Assembly: GCA_015494645.1 (NCBI GenBank)
Contig: WGAU01000030.1
Location: 1 to 37,499, forward strand
Length of the DNA stretch: 37,499 nucleotides
Reading direction: 5' to 3'
Source: Aquificota bacterium
Lineage (GTDB): Bacteria > Thermosulfidibacterota > Thermosulfidibacteria > Thermosulfidibacterales > Thermosulfidibacteraceae
Part shown: positions 21,373 to 32,371 of the stretch, piece after piece
Numbering within the stretch: position 1 is the stretch's first letter
Layout: every line of letters starts with the position of its first letter
Translations under genes and position numbers: made by a program
Notes under the pieces: model-generated
Told to the model about the DNA's origin: nothing
Databases searched by the model: none
What the model saw: the letters and a program-made list of their open reading frames with translations, nothing else

Positions 21373-21829
21373 TCTGCTCCTTCACCAGCTTCTTAAGAAC
21401 CTCCCAGAAATCGGATATATCCCTGAACTGCCTGTAAACTGAAGCGAACCTCACATAGGCAACCTCATCCACCTCCTTTATAAGCTCCATCACCCTCTCA
21501 CCTATTAAACTTGTGGGAACCTCCCTTTCCCCCAAATTGAGAAGATAACGCTCCACCTCGTCAACTATGCCTTCTTGCCTCTCCACGCTTACAGGCCTCT
21601 TCTCAAACGCCTTCCTTATCCCCGCCAAAAGCTTATCCCTGTTGTAAGGCTCCCTCCTACCGTCCTTCTTAACAACCATAGGCATGGTGTCATCTATGCG
21701 CTCAAAGGTGGTAAATCTTCTACCACAGGTCATACACTCCCTTCTCCTGCGTATGGAAAATCCATCCCTGCCCGTTCTGGTCTCCACTACCTTGGTATCA
21801 CCGGAAAGACAAAAGGGGCACTTCATCAC
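21362..21829 (-). CDS. nrdR: Transcriptional repressor NrdR
   Basis: The Zn ribbon is MKCPFC...[10 protein letters not shown]. An ATP-cone domain follows. Confidence 0.9.
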   Translation of the reverse strand: MMKCPFCLSGDTKVVETRTGRDGFSIRRRRECMTCGRRFTTFERIDDTMPMVVKKDGRREPYNRDKLLAGIRKAFEKRPVSVERQEGIVDEVERYLLNLGEREVPTSLIGERVMELIKEVDEVAYVRFASVYRQFRDISDFWEVLKKLVKEQNGG

Positions 21830-22269
21830 TTCACCTTGACCAGCTCCACCCCCGCCTCTTCAAGCATTTGGAGGGAAAGCTCGTCGGGATAGCCCTTCCT
21901 GTAATAGATGACCCTAACCCCAGCATTGATAAGCATTTTAGAACAAATCACGCAGGGGAAGGTAGTGGTGTAAATAGCAGCTCCTTTCACACTGACTCCG
22001 TGCAGGGCAGCCTGTATAATGGCATTCTGCTCTGCATGCAATCCCCTGCAAAGTTCGTGTCTCTGGCCCGAAGGGACTTTTAGCCGCTCCCTGAGACACC
22101 CAGTTTCTGAACAGTGGGTTATACCAGCAGGAGGGCCATTGTAGCCAGTAGCCAAGATCCTTTTATCCTTGACCAGAACCGCCCCCACCTTACGCCTAAG
22201 GCAGGTGGAGCGAGATGAGACAAGCTCCGCTATGTCAAGGAAATACTTATCCCAAGGAGGCCTTTCCAT
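21826..22269 (-). CDS. dCMP deaminase (ComEB-like)
   Basis: The cytidine/deoxycytidylate deaminase zinc motifs HAEQNAI and PCVICS are present. Confidence 0.85.
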   Translation of the reverse strand: MERPPWDKYFLDIAELVSSRSTCLRRKVGAVLVKDKRILATGYNGPPAGITHCSETGCLRERLKVPSGQRHELCRGLHAEQNAIIQAALHGVSVKGAAIYTTTFPCVICSKMLINAGVRVIYYRKGYPDELSLQMLEEAGVELVKVK

Positions 22270-23550
22270 CTACTCCTTTCCCAAGGCCTTCCTGTACTGC
22301 TTGAGAAGATCCGGATAGAGAGGAAATCTCTCACACAGGGACTTAACCTTTTCTTTAACCTCTTTGCGCACCTCTGGCTTATCTATGTTTTTGAGAACGT
22401 AAGATATGAGATCGCCTATCTCCTCCATTTCTCCCTCGCCCATGCCACGAGTGGTCAAAGCCGGAGTTCCTATGCGAATTCCACTGGTAACGGTAGGTTT
22501 CTCAGGATCAAAAGGAATCATATTCTTATTTACCGTTATACCAGCCTCTTCCAAAGCCTTCTCAGCCACATTACCTGTAATGCCTATAGGCCTAAGATCC
22601 ACAAGCATGAGATGGTTGTCTGTGCCGCCTGAAACTATCCTCAAGCCGTGCTTGACAAGTCTGTTGGCAAGAACCTTTGCGTTCTTAACTATCTGCCTTT
22701 GATACTCCTTAAACTCTTCAGTAAGAGCCTCCTTCAACGCCACTGCCTTAGCAGCGATGACATGCATCAAAGGGCCACCCTGAATACCGGGAAAGACCGT
22801 CTTGTCTATATCTTTTGCGAACTCTTCTTTGCACATAATCAGACCGCCTCTGGGTCCCCTGAGGGTTTTGTGGGTAGTGGTGGTGACAAACTCACAGTAA
22901 GGAACGGGAGATGGATGGATTCCCGCTGCCACAAGACCAGCTATGTGGGCAATGTCAGCTATAACACACGCTCCCACCTCATCGGCTATTTTTCTGAAGG
23001 CTTCAAAATCTATAACCCTCGGATAGGCACTTGCCCCAACCACTATAAGCTTGGGCTTGTGCTCCTTGGCCAAAGCCCTAACCTGATCGTAATCTATAGT
23101 CTCAGTGTCCCTTCTAACACCGTAAAAGACCACGTTGTACAGCTTTCCGGAAAAGTTCACCTTGGCTCCATGGGAAAGGTGTCCACCATGGGCAAGGTCC
23201 ATAGCAAGTATGGTATCTCCAGGCTTCAACACTGCCATATAAACGGCCATGTTGGCTTGGGTACCTGAATGGGGCTGAACGTTCACATGTTCCGCTCCAA
23301 AAAGCTCTTTAGCCCTCTCAATAGCCAACCTCTCTGCAACATCAACGAACTCGCACCCCCCATAATAACGCTTTCCAGGATACCCCTCCGCATACTTGTT
23401 GGTCATTACACAGCCCTGAGCCTCCATTACAGCAGTGCTTGCAAAATTTTCGCTGGCAATCATCTCAAGCTTGTACTCCTGCCTCTCCAACTCCCCTAAA
23501 ATTGCCTCCGCTATTTCTGGATCTACCTCCCAAACCCTAAGATGCTTCAT
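22270..23550 (-). CDS. glyA: Serine hydroxymethyltransferase
   Basis: 426 aa. The PLP-lysine region [14 protein letters not shown] is present. Confidence 0.95.
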   Translation of the reverse strand: MKHLRVWEVDPEIAEAILGELERQEYKLEMIASENFASTAVMEAQGCVMTNKYAEGYPGKRYYGGCEFVDVAERLAIERAKELFGAEHVNVQPHSGTQANMAVYMAVLKPGDTILAMDLAHGGHLSHGAKVNFSGKLYNVVFYGVRRDTETIDYDQVRALAKEHKPKLIVVGASAYPRVIDFEAFRKIADEVGACVIADIAHIAGLVAAGIHPSPVPYCEFVTTTTHKTLRGPRGGLIMCKEEFAKDIDKTVFPGIQGGPLMHVIAAKAVALKEALTEEFKEYQRQIVKNAKVLANRLVKHGLRIVSGGTDNHLMLVDLRPIGITGNVAEKALEEAGITVNKNMIPFDPEKPTVTSGIRIGTPALTTRGMGEGEMEEIGDLISYVLKNIDKPEVRKEVKEKVKSLCERFPLYPDLLKQYRKALGKE

Positions 23551-24010
23551 CTAAGCCTCCCTCCTCACAAACGGCTTTCTCTATCTCCTCAAGCTTTGAA
23601 AGCCTTCTTGCATGCCTTCCCCCCTCAAATTTTTCGGTAAGCCAAATTTTGACAATGGCTTCCGCTTTATCAGGGGAAAGCACCCTCCCACCCATACACA
23701 AGACATTAGAATCGTTGTGAAGACGGCTCATCCTGGCGGTGTACTCGTCATGGCACAATGTGGCTCTAATATTGGGAAACCTATTGGCAACTATGCTCAT
23801 GCCTATCCCCGTACCACAACAGAGGATCCCCCTATCTACCTCTCCCCTCGCAACGGCCCTCGCCACCTTGGCAGCGTACTCCGGATAGTCAACAGACTCT
23901 TCTGAGTGGGTGCCAAAGTCCAAGACCTCGTGGCCCAAACTTTGAAGCAGACTCTTAACAAACTCTTTGAGTCTGTAGCCCCCGTGATCAGAAGCCAGTG
24001 CTATTCTCAA
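23537..24010 (-). CDS. rpiB: Ribose-5-phosphate isomerase B
   Basis: The motifs [10 protein letters not shown]...CGTGIGMSI fit RpiB/LacAB. The start is TTG, with a GAGGAGG SD. The TTG overlaps the upstream TGA (TTGA). Confidence 0.85.
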   Translation of the reverse strand: MRIALASDHGGYRLKEFVKSLLQSLGHEVLDFGTHSEESVDYPEYAAKVARAVARGEVDRGILCCGTGIGMSIVANRFPNIRATLCHDEYTARMSRLHNDSNVLCMGGRVLSPDKAEAIVKIWLTEKFEGGRHARRLSKLEEIEKAVCEEGGLDEAS

Positions 24011-24342
24011 ATGGCCTCCTCGCCCCTTTCTCCTGTTCTTATCCTAACAGCATCAAGCACATCCATTACCAACAGTGTCTCACTTCCAGCTTCCCTACCG
24101 GCACACTTCAAGAAAGCATCCACAACTTCATCCACCGCATCATCATGAACCACCGTCTCAACAAACAGTCGGGGCAAAAAGTCAGAAGAAATACCGAGCT
24201 CCTTGAGAGACGGATCCCCTCCCTCCACAAAATCGGAATACTTCACCTCTGTAACCACTATACCCCTAATACCTATCTCTTCCAACCTTTCCTTAAGCTC
24301 ATCCAGCTTAAAGGGCCTTATTACAGCCGATATCTTCTTCAT
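24007..24342 (-). CDS. P-II (GlnB)-like signal-transduction protein with divergent T- and B-loops
   Basis: 111 aa. Compared with GlnB, the N-terminus ([32 protein letters not shown]) and C-terminus ([12 protein letters not shown]) are clearly homologous. The T-loop and the B-loop GDGKIF are replaced by [16 protein letters not shown] and REAGSETLL. Its ATG overlaps the rex TGA. Confidence 0.75.
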   Translation of the reverse strand: MKKISAVIRPFKLDELKERLEEIGIRGIVVTEVKYSDFVEGGDPSLKELGISSDFLPRLFVETVVHDDAVDEVVDAFLKCAGREAGSETLLVMDVLDAVRIRTGERGEEAI

Positions 24343-24980
24343 CAGTACATCTTGGTGTTGACGAAAAAGGTCAAAACTTCCAACTCAATTCCCAAATCAA
24401 TATGTCTCACTACTACCCCCTTAGGCACGCTAAGCCTCACCGGTGCGAAATTCAGAATCCCCTTTATACCGGACTTCACCAAGGCGTCAACCACCCTCTG
24501 TGCCTCGGAAAAATGTACAGCCACTATAGCTATCTTTATCTTCTTCTTACGGATAACTTCTTCCATCATAGACGCATGGTACAGCTCACACCCCTCAGGA
24601 ACGGCTTTCTTTCTCTCCTCGTCTATCACCTTGTCAAAAGCAACACTTATCTTGAACCCATGCCGCTTGAATCCCTGATAGGAAAGAAGAGCTCTGCCAA
24701 GGTTGCCCACTCCCACAAGGGCCACCTCCCACTCCCGATCCAAGCCCATTATACGCTTCAGATCCTCTTTAAGATCCTTTACGTAGTACCCTACCCCCCT
24801 GGTTCCGAACTCTCCAAAGTAAGCCAGATCTTTCCTAATCTGGGCGGGATTTATACCGCATTTCTTTCCCAGCTCCGCAGAAGAGATAACCTCTACTCCT
24901 TCCTCTTCCAGCTCAGAAAGACAACGCAGGTAAAGGGAAAGCCTTGATATGGTAACCTCAGGAATCTTCCACTTTCTCAT
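24342..24980 (-). CDS. rex: Redox-sensing transcriptional repressor Rex
   Basis: It has a winged-helix N-terminus and a Rossmann domain with [13 protein letters not shown] at 24980 is the preferred start (GGTGAGGG SD). The track's GTG is at 24989. Confidence 0.85.
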   Translation of the reverse strand: MRKWKIPEVTISRLSLYLRCLSELEEEGVEVISSAELGKKCGINPAQIRKDLAYFGEFGTRGVGYYVKDLKEDLKRIMGLDREWEVALVGVGNLGRALLSYQGFKRHGFKISVAFDKVIDEERKKAVPEGCELYHASMMEEVIRKKKIKIAIVAVHFSEAQRVVDALVKSGIKGILNFAPVRLSVPKGVVVRHIDLGIELEVLTFFVNTKMY

Positions 24981-25001
24981 TTCCCTCACCCCACATAACT
25001 T

Positions 25002-25019
25002 TTGTGTACACTTTCACAA
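25002..25019. promoter_or_regulatory. Rex operator (ROP-like inverted repeat) upstream of rex
   Basis: The sequence TTGTGTACACTTTCACAA differs from the Rex consensus TTGTGAA-N4-TTCACAA at one position. It lies 22 nt upstream of the rex ATG on the transcribed strand. Confidence 0.6.
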
Positions 25020-25029
25020 AAATAGCCCA

Positions 25030-25058
25030 TAATAAAGGGGGCCTCAAGCCCCCTTCCA
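25030..25058 (-). terminator. Rho-independent terminator after atpE
   Basis: The minus-strand RNA forms the hairpin GGGGGC-UUGAG-GCCCCC, followed by UUUAUUAUGGGCUAUUUUU. It lies between the atpE stop and the rex promoter region. Confidence 0.65.
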
Positions 25059-25075
25059 ATCTTTTATCTACTTTC

Positions 25076-25444
25076 TTAGTGGGCTCCACCAGCTATAACG
25101 GCAACGGCCTTGAAGGGATCGGCAAAGAGCACGATCAGAGCCACAACCAAGGCGTAAATGGTCAGCGCCTCAATCATGGCCAAACCGATGATCATAGCCA
25201 CCTGGATCTTACCAGCGGCTTCGGGATTCCTGGCTATACCCTCCATAGCCGCCTTAACGCTCAAGCCCTGACCAATTCCACAAAGACCGGCGGCAAAGCC
25301 AAGTCCCCATCCCACCGCCAAGGAGGCAAACTTCAACATATTGAGGGCTGCCACCTTCACTTCACCCTCAGCAGCCATGGCTGGAAGGGCCAAAAGCACA
25401 ACCCCTAAAACCGCAGCTCCATACCTGAGAACCCTCTTCAACAT
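25076..25444 (-). CDS. atpE: F-type ATP synthase subunit c with an N-terminal signal-peptide-like extension
   Basis: The c-subunit hairpin motifs are [14 protein letters not shown]...ARNPEA...[12 protein letters not shown]. The roughly 35-aa N-terminal extension reads [30 protein letters not shown] at 25444 with AAGGAGG 6 nt upstream is preferred over the track's GTG at 25450. Confidence 0.85.
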   Translation of the reverse strand: MLKRVLRYGAAVLGVVLLALPAMAAEGEVKVAALNMLKFASLAVGWGLGFAAGLCGIGQGLSVKAAMEGIARNPEAAGKIQVAMIIGLAMIEALTIYALVVALIVLFADPFKAVAVIAGGAH

Positions 25445-25466
25445 CAACACCCTCCTTTAAAAAGTA

Positions 25467-26132
25467 TTAGTGCTCTTCTGTCTCTTCAACAGCCAGAGCT
25501 ATATAGACAATTGAAAGCAAAGTAAACACAAGGGCCTGCACGAGACCAAAGAACAAGGAAAGAAACATAAGAGGTATGGGAACAAGCAGAGGTACCAAAG
25601 TAAAAAGAATCAAAGCCAAGGTTTCCTCACCCATAATGTTTCCAAATAAACGCAAAGAAAGGGAAAGAACTCTGGCAAAATGGCCGATACTCTCTAAAAT
25701 AAACATAACAGGAGCCATCCAAGGAACAGGCCCACCGAAATGCTTGAGATAATTCACAAGACCATGCTTCTTTATTCCCCAGTAATGGTAATAGACAAAC
25801 ACCACAATAGCAGGTGCTATGGTGGTATTCCAATTACTTGTGGGAGATATAAACCCTGGAACGTTACCCATCCAGTTGGAAAATAGGATAAATAAAAACA
25901 AGGTGGCTATAAGGGGCACATGAGGCCTTACATCTCCCGGTATTATACCATCCATAAAATTGTACATTCCTTCAACATAAGCTTCCATTAGGTTCTGCAC
26001 TCCAGAGGGGATCAAGGAAAGCCTTTTAGTAGCAAAGAAAGACAGCACCACCAGAAGAACAAAGACGTAAAGAGCCAATACTATATGAAAGTATTTATGG
26101 GGCAAGGGATTAAGTATAAAAGGTTCATACAT
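25467..26132 (-). CDS. atpB: F-type ATP synthase subunit a
   Basis: The motif [13 protein letters not shown] contains the essential Arg. It has 5 to 6 TM helices. Confidence 0.9.
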   Translation of the reverse strand: MYEPFILNPLPHKYFHIVLALYVFVLLVVLSFFATKRLSLIPSGVQNLMEAYVEGMYNFMDGIIPGDVRPHVPLIATLFLFILFSNWMGNVPGFISPTSNWNTTIAPAIVVFVYYHYWGIKKHGLVNYLKHFGGPVPWMAPVMFILESIGHFARVLSLSLRLFGNIMGEETLALILFTLVPLLVPIPLMFLSLFFGLVQALVFTLLSIVYIALAVEETEEH

Positions 26133-26145
26133 CCTCCTGCACCTC

Positions 26146-26499
26146 CTAAATGTTCTTCAACCTGGCAAACTCGGTGAAGGGGATAAGCACTATTAAGCTC
26201 AACCCCACCACAGTGGCTATGGGGTTAATCGCCTTTGAGTAAAACAACACCCCCAGTACAACAGCCATAAACAGATACTTGAAAACCTGAACGCCCCAAA
26301 ACAGGACACTTGATCCCGCCTCAACAACTTCTCTACAAACGGTGCACAAAATATAAAAATCTCCACAAGCCAAAAGGGACCCTACAAGCACCCCTAAAAA
26401 TACGTCCCACCTTCCAAACAGCATACTAAAAAGAATAAACAGACCTGCGAGCCAAAACCCCTTAACCTGCATCCTCCTTATTATCTTGTGCTCCCCCAT
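26146..26499 (-). CDS. atpI: ATP synthase protein I-like small membrane protein
   Basis: 117 aa with 4 predicted TM helices. It sits immediately upstream of atpB. Confidence 0.55.
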   Translation of the reverse strand: MGEHKIIRRMQVKGFWLAGLFILFSMLFGRWDVFLGVLVGSLLACGDFYILCTVCREVVEAGSSVLFWGVQVFKYLFMAVVLGVLFYSKAINPIATVVGLSLIVLIPFTEFARLKNI

Positions 26500-26505
26500 C
26501 TCGCC

Positions 26506-26739
26506 TTAAACTTCTCCTAACCTCTTTAAATACCGCTCTGAACCCAGCCACGATCCCAAGAATAAAAAAGCCATCATACCCCACGGGGAGGTTCCAAACT
26601 TTTTATCCACAAGAAGACCAAGTACCAAACCTATTACAATTGAAATCACAAGCTCTAAGCCTATAGCACTTAACCTCACCAGCTCTCTTAAAAGACCACC
26701 CGTCTCTTTATCCAACTTCACCGGATCCTCCCGGAGCAC
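26506..26739 (-). CDS. atpZ: AtpZ/AtpR-family small membrane protein (ATPase gene-1 family)
   Basis: 77 aa with two TM helices. It takes the first position in the atp cluster. The start is GTG. Confidence 0.5.
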   Translation of the reverse strand: MLREDPVKLDKETGGLLRELVRLSAIGLELVISIVIGLVLGLLVDKKFGTSPWGMMAFLFLGSWLGSERYLKRLGEV

Positions 26740-26802
26740 TTACTTAACAACTACCCATATCTCAGTCAACTGAACTCCATTGCATTTATGCCAAACTAAG
26801 TT

Positions 26803-27573
26803 TTAAGACTTCTTCTCCTGTATAAACCCTTTTATTAGCTCTATGGGGATGGGAAAAACCACGGTGCTTGAGTTCTCAGCACTTATCTCCACAAGGGTCT
26901 GAAGATACCTAAGTTGAATGGCCACGGGATGCTCCCCTATAATATCAGCCGCTTCAGCAAGCCTCTTGGCCGCCTGATACTCTCCCTCTGCGGCAATTAT
27001 CTTTGCCCTTCTCTCTCTTTCTGCTTCCGCCTGCCTTGCCATGGCTCTCTGCATATCTTGAGGCAGATCAACATGCTTTATCTCCACGGTGGTTACTTTA
27101 ATGCCCCAAGGATCGGTGTGCTCGTCCAGTATACTCTGAAGCCTTGCATTGATTTTATCCCTGTGGCTGAGTATCTCATCTAATTCCACCTCTCCCAAGA
27201 CACTTCTGAGGGTGGTCTGGGCTAGCTGGCTTGTAGCATAAAGATAATCCTCCACCTCTATAACCGCCTTCTCCGGGGAGACCACCCTGAAATAAACCAC
27301 AGCGTTCACCTTTATGGAAACATTGTCCTTGGTTATAACATCCTGCGGCGGCACATCCATAACCACCGTCCTCAAACTCACCTTAACCACCTTGTCTATA
27401 AAGGGAATCACTATGATGAGCCCCGGTCCCTTGGTAGCATGGTACCTTCCAAACCTGAATATGACTCCTCTCTCGTATTCCCTCAAAACCTTAACGGCAG
27501 AGGCAATGAATATGACTCCGAAGAACAGAAAGACCAGTCCAAAGTTGCTCAGAAACAGAAAAATATACTCCAC
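26803..27573 (-). CDS. SPFH/band-7 (stomatin/prohibitin-like) membrane protein
   Basis: It has an N-terminal TM helix, an SPFH domain and a coiled-coil [17 protein letters not shown]. The start is GTG, with an AGGAGGT SD. Confidence 0.85.
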   Translation of the reverse strand: MEYIFLFLSNFGLVFLFFGVIFIASAVKVLREYERGVIFRFGRYHATKGPGLIIVIPFIDKVVKVSLRTVVMDVPPQDVITKDNVSIKVNAVVYFRVVSPEKAVIEVEDYLYATSQLAQTTLRSVLGEVELDEILSHRDKINARLQSILDEHTDPWGIKVTTVEIKHVDLPQDMQRAMARQAEAERERRAKIIAAEGEYQAAKRLAEAADIIGEHPVAIQLRYLQTLVEISAENSSTVVFPIPIELIKGFIQEKKS

Positions 27574-27584
27574 GATCCAACCTC

Positions 27585-28868
27585 CTAAATTTTCTTAAGC
27601 GCCGCCTCAATGGCGTAAAGGGTTCTGTCTATGTCCTTGTCAGTGTGGGCCACGGAAACAAAGGCCGCCTCAAACTGACTGGGGGCAAAATATACTCCAT
27701 TTTCCAGCAGGGCCCAGAAGAACTTGGAGTAAAGCTTAGTGTCACTCTTGACCGCATCGTCATAGGTCTCCACCGGCCCTTCAGTGAAGAATATACAGGA
27801 CATGGAAGCCACACCATTAATCCACACAGGGATGCCTTTGGCCTCAAATAGCCTTTTGGCTTCATCTGCCAAGCGTTTTCTTTTTCTTTCCAACTCCTCA
27901 TATGGGTTGTCTCTTCTGAGGATCTCCAACGTCTTTAAACCAGCCGCCATGGCCACAGGATTACCGGAAAGGGTTCCGGCCTGATACACGGGACCATCGG
28001 GAGCCACATGATCCATTATCTCTGCCCTTCCCCCATACGCACCCACAGGAAAACCGCCTCCTATGATCTTGCCAAGGCATGTGAGATCCGGCTCTACCTG
28101 ATAAAGCTTTTGCGCACCACCGTAGGAAACCCTGAATCCCGTTATCACTTCATCAAATATGAGAAGGGCGCCGTATCTTTCTGTAATCTCCCGCAAGCCC
28201 TGCAAGAAGCCTTCCTTAGGCGGAATAACCCCGGCATTACCCATAACAGGTTCCAGTATAACGCAGGCTATGTCCTCCCCGTACTTTTCAAAAAGGCTCT
28301 CCACACTGCTAAGATCGTTAAACCTCGCTAATAGAGTGTGTCTGGCAAAATCTTCGGGCACTCCAGGTGTTCCCGGAATTCCAAAGGTCAACACGCCCGA
28401 TCCTGCCTTGACCAGAAGATAGTCCACATGGCCATGGTAACATCCCTCAAACTTTACCACTTTATTCCTCTTGGTGTATCCTCTGGCCAACCTGATGGCA
28501 CTCATGGTTGCCTCAGTTCCGGAGTTTACAAATCTCACCTTCTCAATAGACGGAACCGCTTCCACCACCGCCTCTGCCATGGACACCTCAAGCTCGCATG
28601 GTATACCAAAGGAAGTTCCCTTCTCTGCAACTTCCTTTACGAAAGAGAGCACCTCAGGATGGGCGTGACCCAATATCAAAGGTCCCCAGGAACAAACGTA
28701 ATCAATATACTCGTTCCCATCCACATCGTATATCTTGGAACCCCTGCCTTCTTTTACGAAGAACGGATCACCACCAACAGATTTGAAGGCTCTTACAGGA
28801 CTATTGACACCACCGGGAAGAAACCTTTTAGCTTTTTCGTAAAGCTCTGCACTCCTTTCACGCTTCAT
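27585..28868 (-). CDS. hemL: Glutamate-1-semialdehyde 2,1-aminomutase
   Basis: [13 protein letters not shown]-terminal motif and a class-III aminotransferase fold. ATG at 28868 with an AGGAGGGG SD is preferred over 28889. Confidence 0.9.
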   Translation of the reverse strand: MKRERSAELYEKAKRFLPGGVNSPVRAFKSVGGDPFFVKEGRGSKIYDVDGNEYIDYVCSWGPLILGHAHPEVLSFVKEVAEKGTSFGIPCELEVSMAEAVVEAVPSIEKVRFVNSGTEATMSAIRLARGYTKRNKVVKFEGCYHGHVDYLLVKAGSGVLTFGIPGTPGVPEDFARHTLLARFNDLSSVESLFEKYGEDIACVILEPVMGNAGVIPPKEGFLQGLREITERYGALLIFDEVITGFRVSYGGAQKLYQVEPDLTCLGKIIGGGFPVGAYGGRAEIMDHVAPDGPVYQAGTLSGNPVAMAAGLKTLEILRRDNPYEELERKRKRLADEAKRLFEAKGIPVWINGVASMSCIFFTEGPVETYDDAVKSDTKLYSKFFWALLENGVYFAPSQFEAAFVSVAHTDKDIDRTLYAIEAALKKI

Positions 28869-29902
28869 ATCAGCCCCTCCTGTTTCCATGGTTTTGGAAG
28901 GAAAATCGCCTTGTAAAGCTCCAAGGCGTATCTATCTGTCATGCCCGAAAGGTAATCCACCACTCGTCTCTCTACGCTATCTTCTTCTCTACTCCAACCT
29001 TTAATAGCCTCAGGATGCTCGCAGAAATAACAAAACAGAGACTCAAGAACACCATAAGCCTTTCTAAACTCCTCCCTCACCTGTGGAGCTCTGTAAACCC
29101 TTTCATACAGAAACTTCCTGAGTCTGTGCAAAAGGTGGAGACCTTCCTCGGACATGGAAACCCTTTGATAACCCATCTTTCTGGTGGTCTCAATCACATC
29201 TTTAACCATGGCATCTATTCGCTCACCGTGACTTTCCCCAAAAAAGGCCACACATTCTTTAGGCAAATCGGCCAACGAGATGAGCTTAGCCCTCAGGGCA
29301 TCGTCTATGTCATGGTTTACATAGGCTATTATATCCGAAATTCTTACCACCTCAGCTTCCAAGGTAAGAGGCCTGTTTTCATCTTTCGGAAGGATAGCCC
29401 CAAGTCCTTTAGAATGTTTAAGAATTCCGTCCCTCACCTCCATAGTGAGGTTCAAACCTTTCCCATTTCTCTCCAGAATGTCCACAACCCTAAGACTCTG
29501 CCGCGCATGGTGAAACCCTTCCTTAGAAAGCCTGTTCAAGACCTCCTCTCCCGCATGCCCAAAGGGAGTATGACCAAGATCGTGCCCTAAAGCTATCGCC
29601 TCTGTAAGGTCCTCGTTTAACCTAAGGGCCCTGGATATGGTCCTTGCTATCTGAGAAACCTCCAAAGTATGGGTAAGACGGGTTCTATAATGATCCCCAA
29701 GGGGTGCAAGAAAAACTTGAGTCTTATGCTTGAGCCTCCTGAAAGACTTGGAGTGTAGGATCCTATCCCTGTCCCTCTGAAAACAGGTCCTTACATCACA
29801 TTCTATTTCCTCTATCAATCTTCCAGCGCTTTCTGCACTCTTGGCTGCCTTGGGGTGTAGAAACCTCTTCTCCCAAGACTCTATCTCTTCTCTAAGGGTC
29901 AT
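28865..29902 (-). CDS. dgt: dGTPase-like HD-domain triphosphohydrolase
   Basis: The HD motif [14 protein letters not shown] matches the dGTP triphosphohydrolase family. Confidence 0.8.
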   Translation of the reverse strand: MTLREEIESWEKRFLHPKAAKSAESAGRLIEEIECDVRTCFQRDRDRILHSKSFRRLKHKTQVFLAPLGDHYRTRLTHTLEVSQIARTISRALRLNEDLTEAIALGHDLGHTPFGHAGEEVLNRLSKEGFHHARQSLRVVDILERNGKGLNLTMEVRDGILKHSKGLGAILPKDENRPLTLEAEVVRISDIIAYVNHDIDDALRAKLISLADLPKECVAFFGESHGERIDAMVKDVIETTRKMGYQRVSMSEEGLHLLHRLRKFLYERVYRAPQVREEFRKAYGVLESLFCYFCEHPEAIKGWSREEDSVERRVVDYLSGMTDRYALELYKAIFLPKPWKQEGLI

Positions 29903-30078
29903 CTCCTCTCTTTTATGTGACGAATAAACTTCTCCCTCTCTTTAGCCTTTTCTGGAGCCACCTGTCTCATCCTGTCTACTATACTTTTTCTTTTGTGTAT
30001 TAGTTCCTCTAATCTCTCAAAAAGAAACTCCAGTTCTTCGTCCACAAGGTTCAGTTCCTTTTCTAAATCGTTTTTCAT
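29899..30078 (-). CDS. Unlisted 59-codon ORF encoding a highly charged, helical small protein
   Basis: [59 protein letters not shown]. Its ATG overlaps the ligT TGA and its TGA overlaps the dgt ATG, so both junctions are ATGA. It falls below the track's 60-aa cutoff. Confidence 0.45.
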   Translation of the reverse strand: MKNDLEKELNLVDEELEFLFERLEELIHKRKSIVDRMRQVAPEKAKEREKFIRHIKERR

Positions 30079-30638
30079 CCCCCACCTCCCAGCTCTACTA
30101 TCTCAAGCTTAACGTAAAGTGCCCCTTCAGGTTTCAAAATACTCCTATAAAGGACAATATTATCCACAACAAACTCACCGTAAAGCCTCTCCTCACCACA
30201 AAAGCTTCTTATAAACCTTCTCTCATCCGGAGAAAGCCTCTTCAATCTGCCCAAAGTGATATGGGGATGAAACGCTCTTCTCTCTTTAGGAAAGCCCAAA
30301 GAGACCATGGACTTCTCAACTAAAGATTGCAGCTTAGCAAGTTCATCGGTAAGTTCAACCCCACACCAAACCACCTTTGGCCGGACAAACCCCGGAAAGA
30401 CTCCCTTACCTCTTATTCTAACCCTAAAAGGACCAACCGAACCAGAACAATCCCTAAGGGCAGAAACTATATTTGGCACCTTGACCTCTTCAACTTCTCC
30501 TAAGAATTTCAAAGTTATGTGGTAAGACTCCCTGGAAGGATAGGAAGCCTTTATACCATAGTCCTTCAACCTCATGGCCTCTTTATGCAGGGTATCCTTA
30601 ATATCCGAAGGGATATCAACTGCCACAAACAACCTCAA
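30075..30638 (-). CDS. thpR: RNA 2',3'-cyclic phosphodiesterase / 2'-5' RNA ligase (LigT/ThpR)
   Basis: Two H-x-T-x motifs are present, YHITLKF and PHITLGR, within the 2H phosphoesterase fold. Confidence 0.85.
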   Translation of the reverse strand: MRLFVAVDIPSDIKDTLHKEAMRLKDYGIKASYPSRESYHITLKFLGEVEEVKVPNIVSALRDCSGSVGPFRVRIRGKGVFPGFVRPKVVWCGVELTDELAKLQSLVEKSMVSLGFPKERRAFHPHITLGRLKRLSPDERRFIRSFCGEERLYGEFVVDNIVLYRSILKPEGALYVKLEIVELGGGG

Positions 30639-31828
30639 TTGAGACGCCTCCTCAACACATCCAGCGCCGCCTTAGCAAACGCCATCTTGTTGCCCAATCT
30701 ATCGTAAGAAAAGCGAAACTCAAAGCTATCCACACGCCCATCAATGCTCACACCTACATACACCAATCCCACAGGCTTCCCGGGAAGTGCCCCCGCTGGT
30801 CCGGCTATCCCTGTGGTGGAAAGCCCCACCTGGGATCCCAAAAGTTTTCTTACCCCTTCTGCCATCTGTTGGGCAACTTCATGGCTGTAAACTGTGTAAT
30901 TTTCTATGTCTTTTTTATCCACCCCAAGGAGCTTTTCCTTGATCTCATCAAGGTAAGCCACAACACCCCCTCTAAAGTACTCCGACGAACCAGAAACATT
31001 GGTTACAAGATGAGCGAGAAGTCCACCTGTGCAGGATTCTGCAACGGCAAGGGTAAGCCCTCTCTCCTCAAGGAGTCTCCCCACCACCCGGGAAAGCTCT
31101 TCATCGTCCATACCAAACAGATTCTCTCCCAAAGCCCTCCTCAAAACAGAATCTACAAGTCCCTCCAGCTTTGCATTGCCCTTCACATTCACCCACACTT
31201 CAGCGTCTCTGATCACAGTTCCCCACCTTACCCCCAACGTCCCAAGGGCTTCCTTAACCAAAGTGTTAACCTCAGACTCCTTCAAACCAAAGGTCTTGTA
31301 CACCTTGAAAAAATCGCTTCCCATAACACACAACTCCCCCACAACTTTGGGAAAGAGCTCCTTCAACTCCCAAGGCACACCAGGAAAGGCAGCCAAAAGA
31401 ATTTTATCCCTCACCCAGAAGGCAGGGGCCAGCCCCCTGGAACTCAGAACATACCGGGCCCCTTCGGGAATTAAAGCCATCCTCTTGTGCTCTTCCCTCG
31501 GTTCCCTTCCCCTTGCTTCAAACTTTGAGCGTATGTCACGCCAAATTTCCTCAACAAAGACGAGCTTCCTCCCGAGAAAATCCGCTACAGCCTCCCTTGT
31601 TCTATCGTCCTCGGTTGGCCCTAAACCACCGCACACAAACACCCCATCAGCGTAGTTTGAAAGAAACCTGAGGAGCTCCGAAATCATAGAAACATCATCC
31701 CTCACTTCCACCACATCCTCAACCTTAACTCCCACCGAAGCCAAAAAGGACTTCATAAAAGAAGCGTTGGTATTCTCCACAAGTCCGTCCACCACTTCAT
31801 CACCAACGAAAAGCAGAGAGACTCTCAT
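30635..31828 (-). CDS. cinA: CinA-family protein: N-terminal MoCF-binding domain plus C-terminal NMN deamidase (PncC-like)
   Basis: 397 aa. It carries the N-terminal GGLGPTEDD motif and a C-terminal CinA domain. Confidence 0.85.
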   Translation of the reverse strand: MRVSLLFVGDEVVDGLVENTNASFMKSFLASVGVKVEDVVEVRDDVSMISELLRFLSNYADGVFVCGGLGPTEDDRTREAVADFLGRKLVFVEEIWRDIRSKFEARGREPREEHKRMALIPEGARYVLSSRGLAPAFWVRDKILLAAFPGVPWELKELFPKVVGELCVMGSDFFKVYKTFGLKESEVNTLVKEALGTLGVRWGTVIRDAEVWVNVKGNAKLEGLVDSVLRRALGENLFGMDDEELSRVVGRLLEERGLTLAVAESCTGGLLAHLVTNVSGSSEYFRGGVVAYLDEIKEKLLGVDKKDIENYTVYSHEVAQQMAEGVRKLLGSQVGLSTTGIAGPAGALPGKPVGLVYVGVSIDGRVDSFEFRFSYDRLGNKMAFAKAALDVLRRRLN

Positions 31829-31837
31829 GTAAGGTCC

Positions 31838-32368
31838 TCAATAAGAAAGGGGATCGGACTCACTCCTTGCTAAATACTGAAGCCTGCTAACTCCATCAAT
31901 CTCATTAATAATTCTTGCCACCGCTGGTGGAACAAGCTCCTCCCAAGGCTCTCCCCTTAACATCCTCTCCCTTATGGTGGTGGCACAGTAAAGCTCCCTT
32001 TTGATCATCTTGAGCGGAACCACATCAACACCAGCCTCCATAAGCAGAATCTGGGTTAGGGGATTACCCGTATAAGCCCTCTTAAAAGGGGGAAAGAGGG
32101 AGCGTATATAAGAAGCCCACATGGCGTTGTTCTCTATGTTGGAGTAGGCTCCTATGTAAACTCTCTTTAAATCTATCCTTGCCTCTACCAAAGCCTCATG
32201 GATCATCCAGATACGCTCACCACAGGTGAATGGACTCTTCAAATTGTAATTAAAGTTAGCCGATCCCACAGCAATAATTATCTCGTCATTCTCCTCAAGT
32301 ATCCTTTTTACTACTTCAAGGTGGCCCCTGTGAAAGGGTTGGAACCTTCCCATGTAAAGAGCCCTCAT
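31838..32368 (-). CDS. nadM: Archaeal-type nicotinamide-nucleotide adenylyltransferase
   Basis: 176 aa. [10 protein letters not shown] is the nucleotidyltransferase H-x-G-H motif of the archaeal NMNAT type. Confidence 0.75.
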   Translation of the reverse strand: MRALYMGRFQPFHRGHLEVVKRILEENDEIIIAVGSANFNYNLKSPFTCGERIWMIHEALVEARIDLKRVYIGAYSNIENNAMWASYIRSLFPPFKRAYTGNPLTQILLMEAGVDVVPLKMIKRELYCATTIRERMLRGEPWEELVPPAVARIINEIDGVSRLQYLARSESDPLSY

Positions 32369-32371
32369 GGC

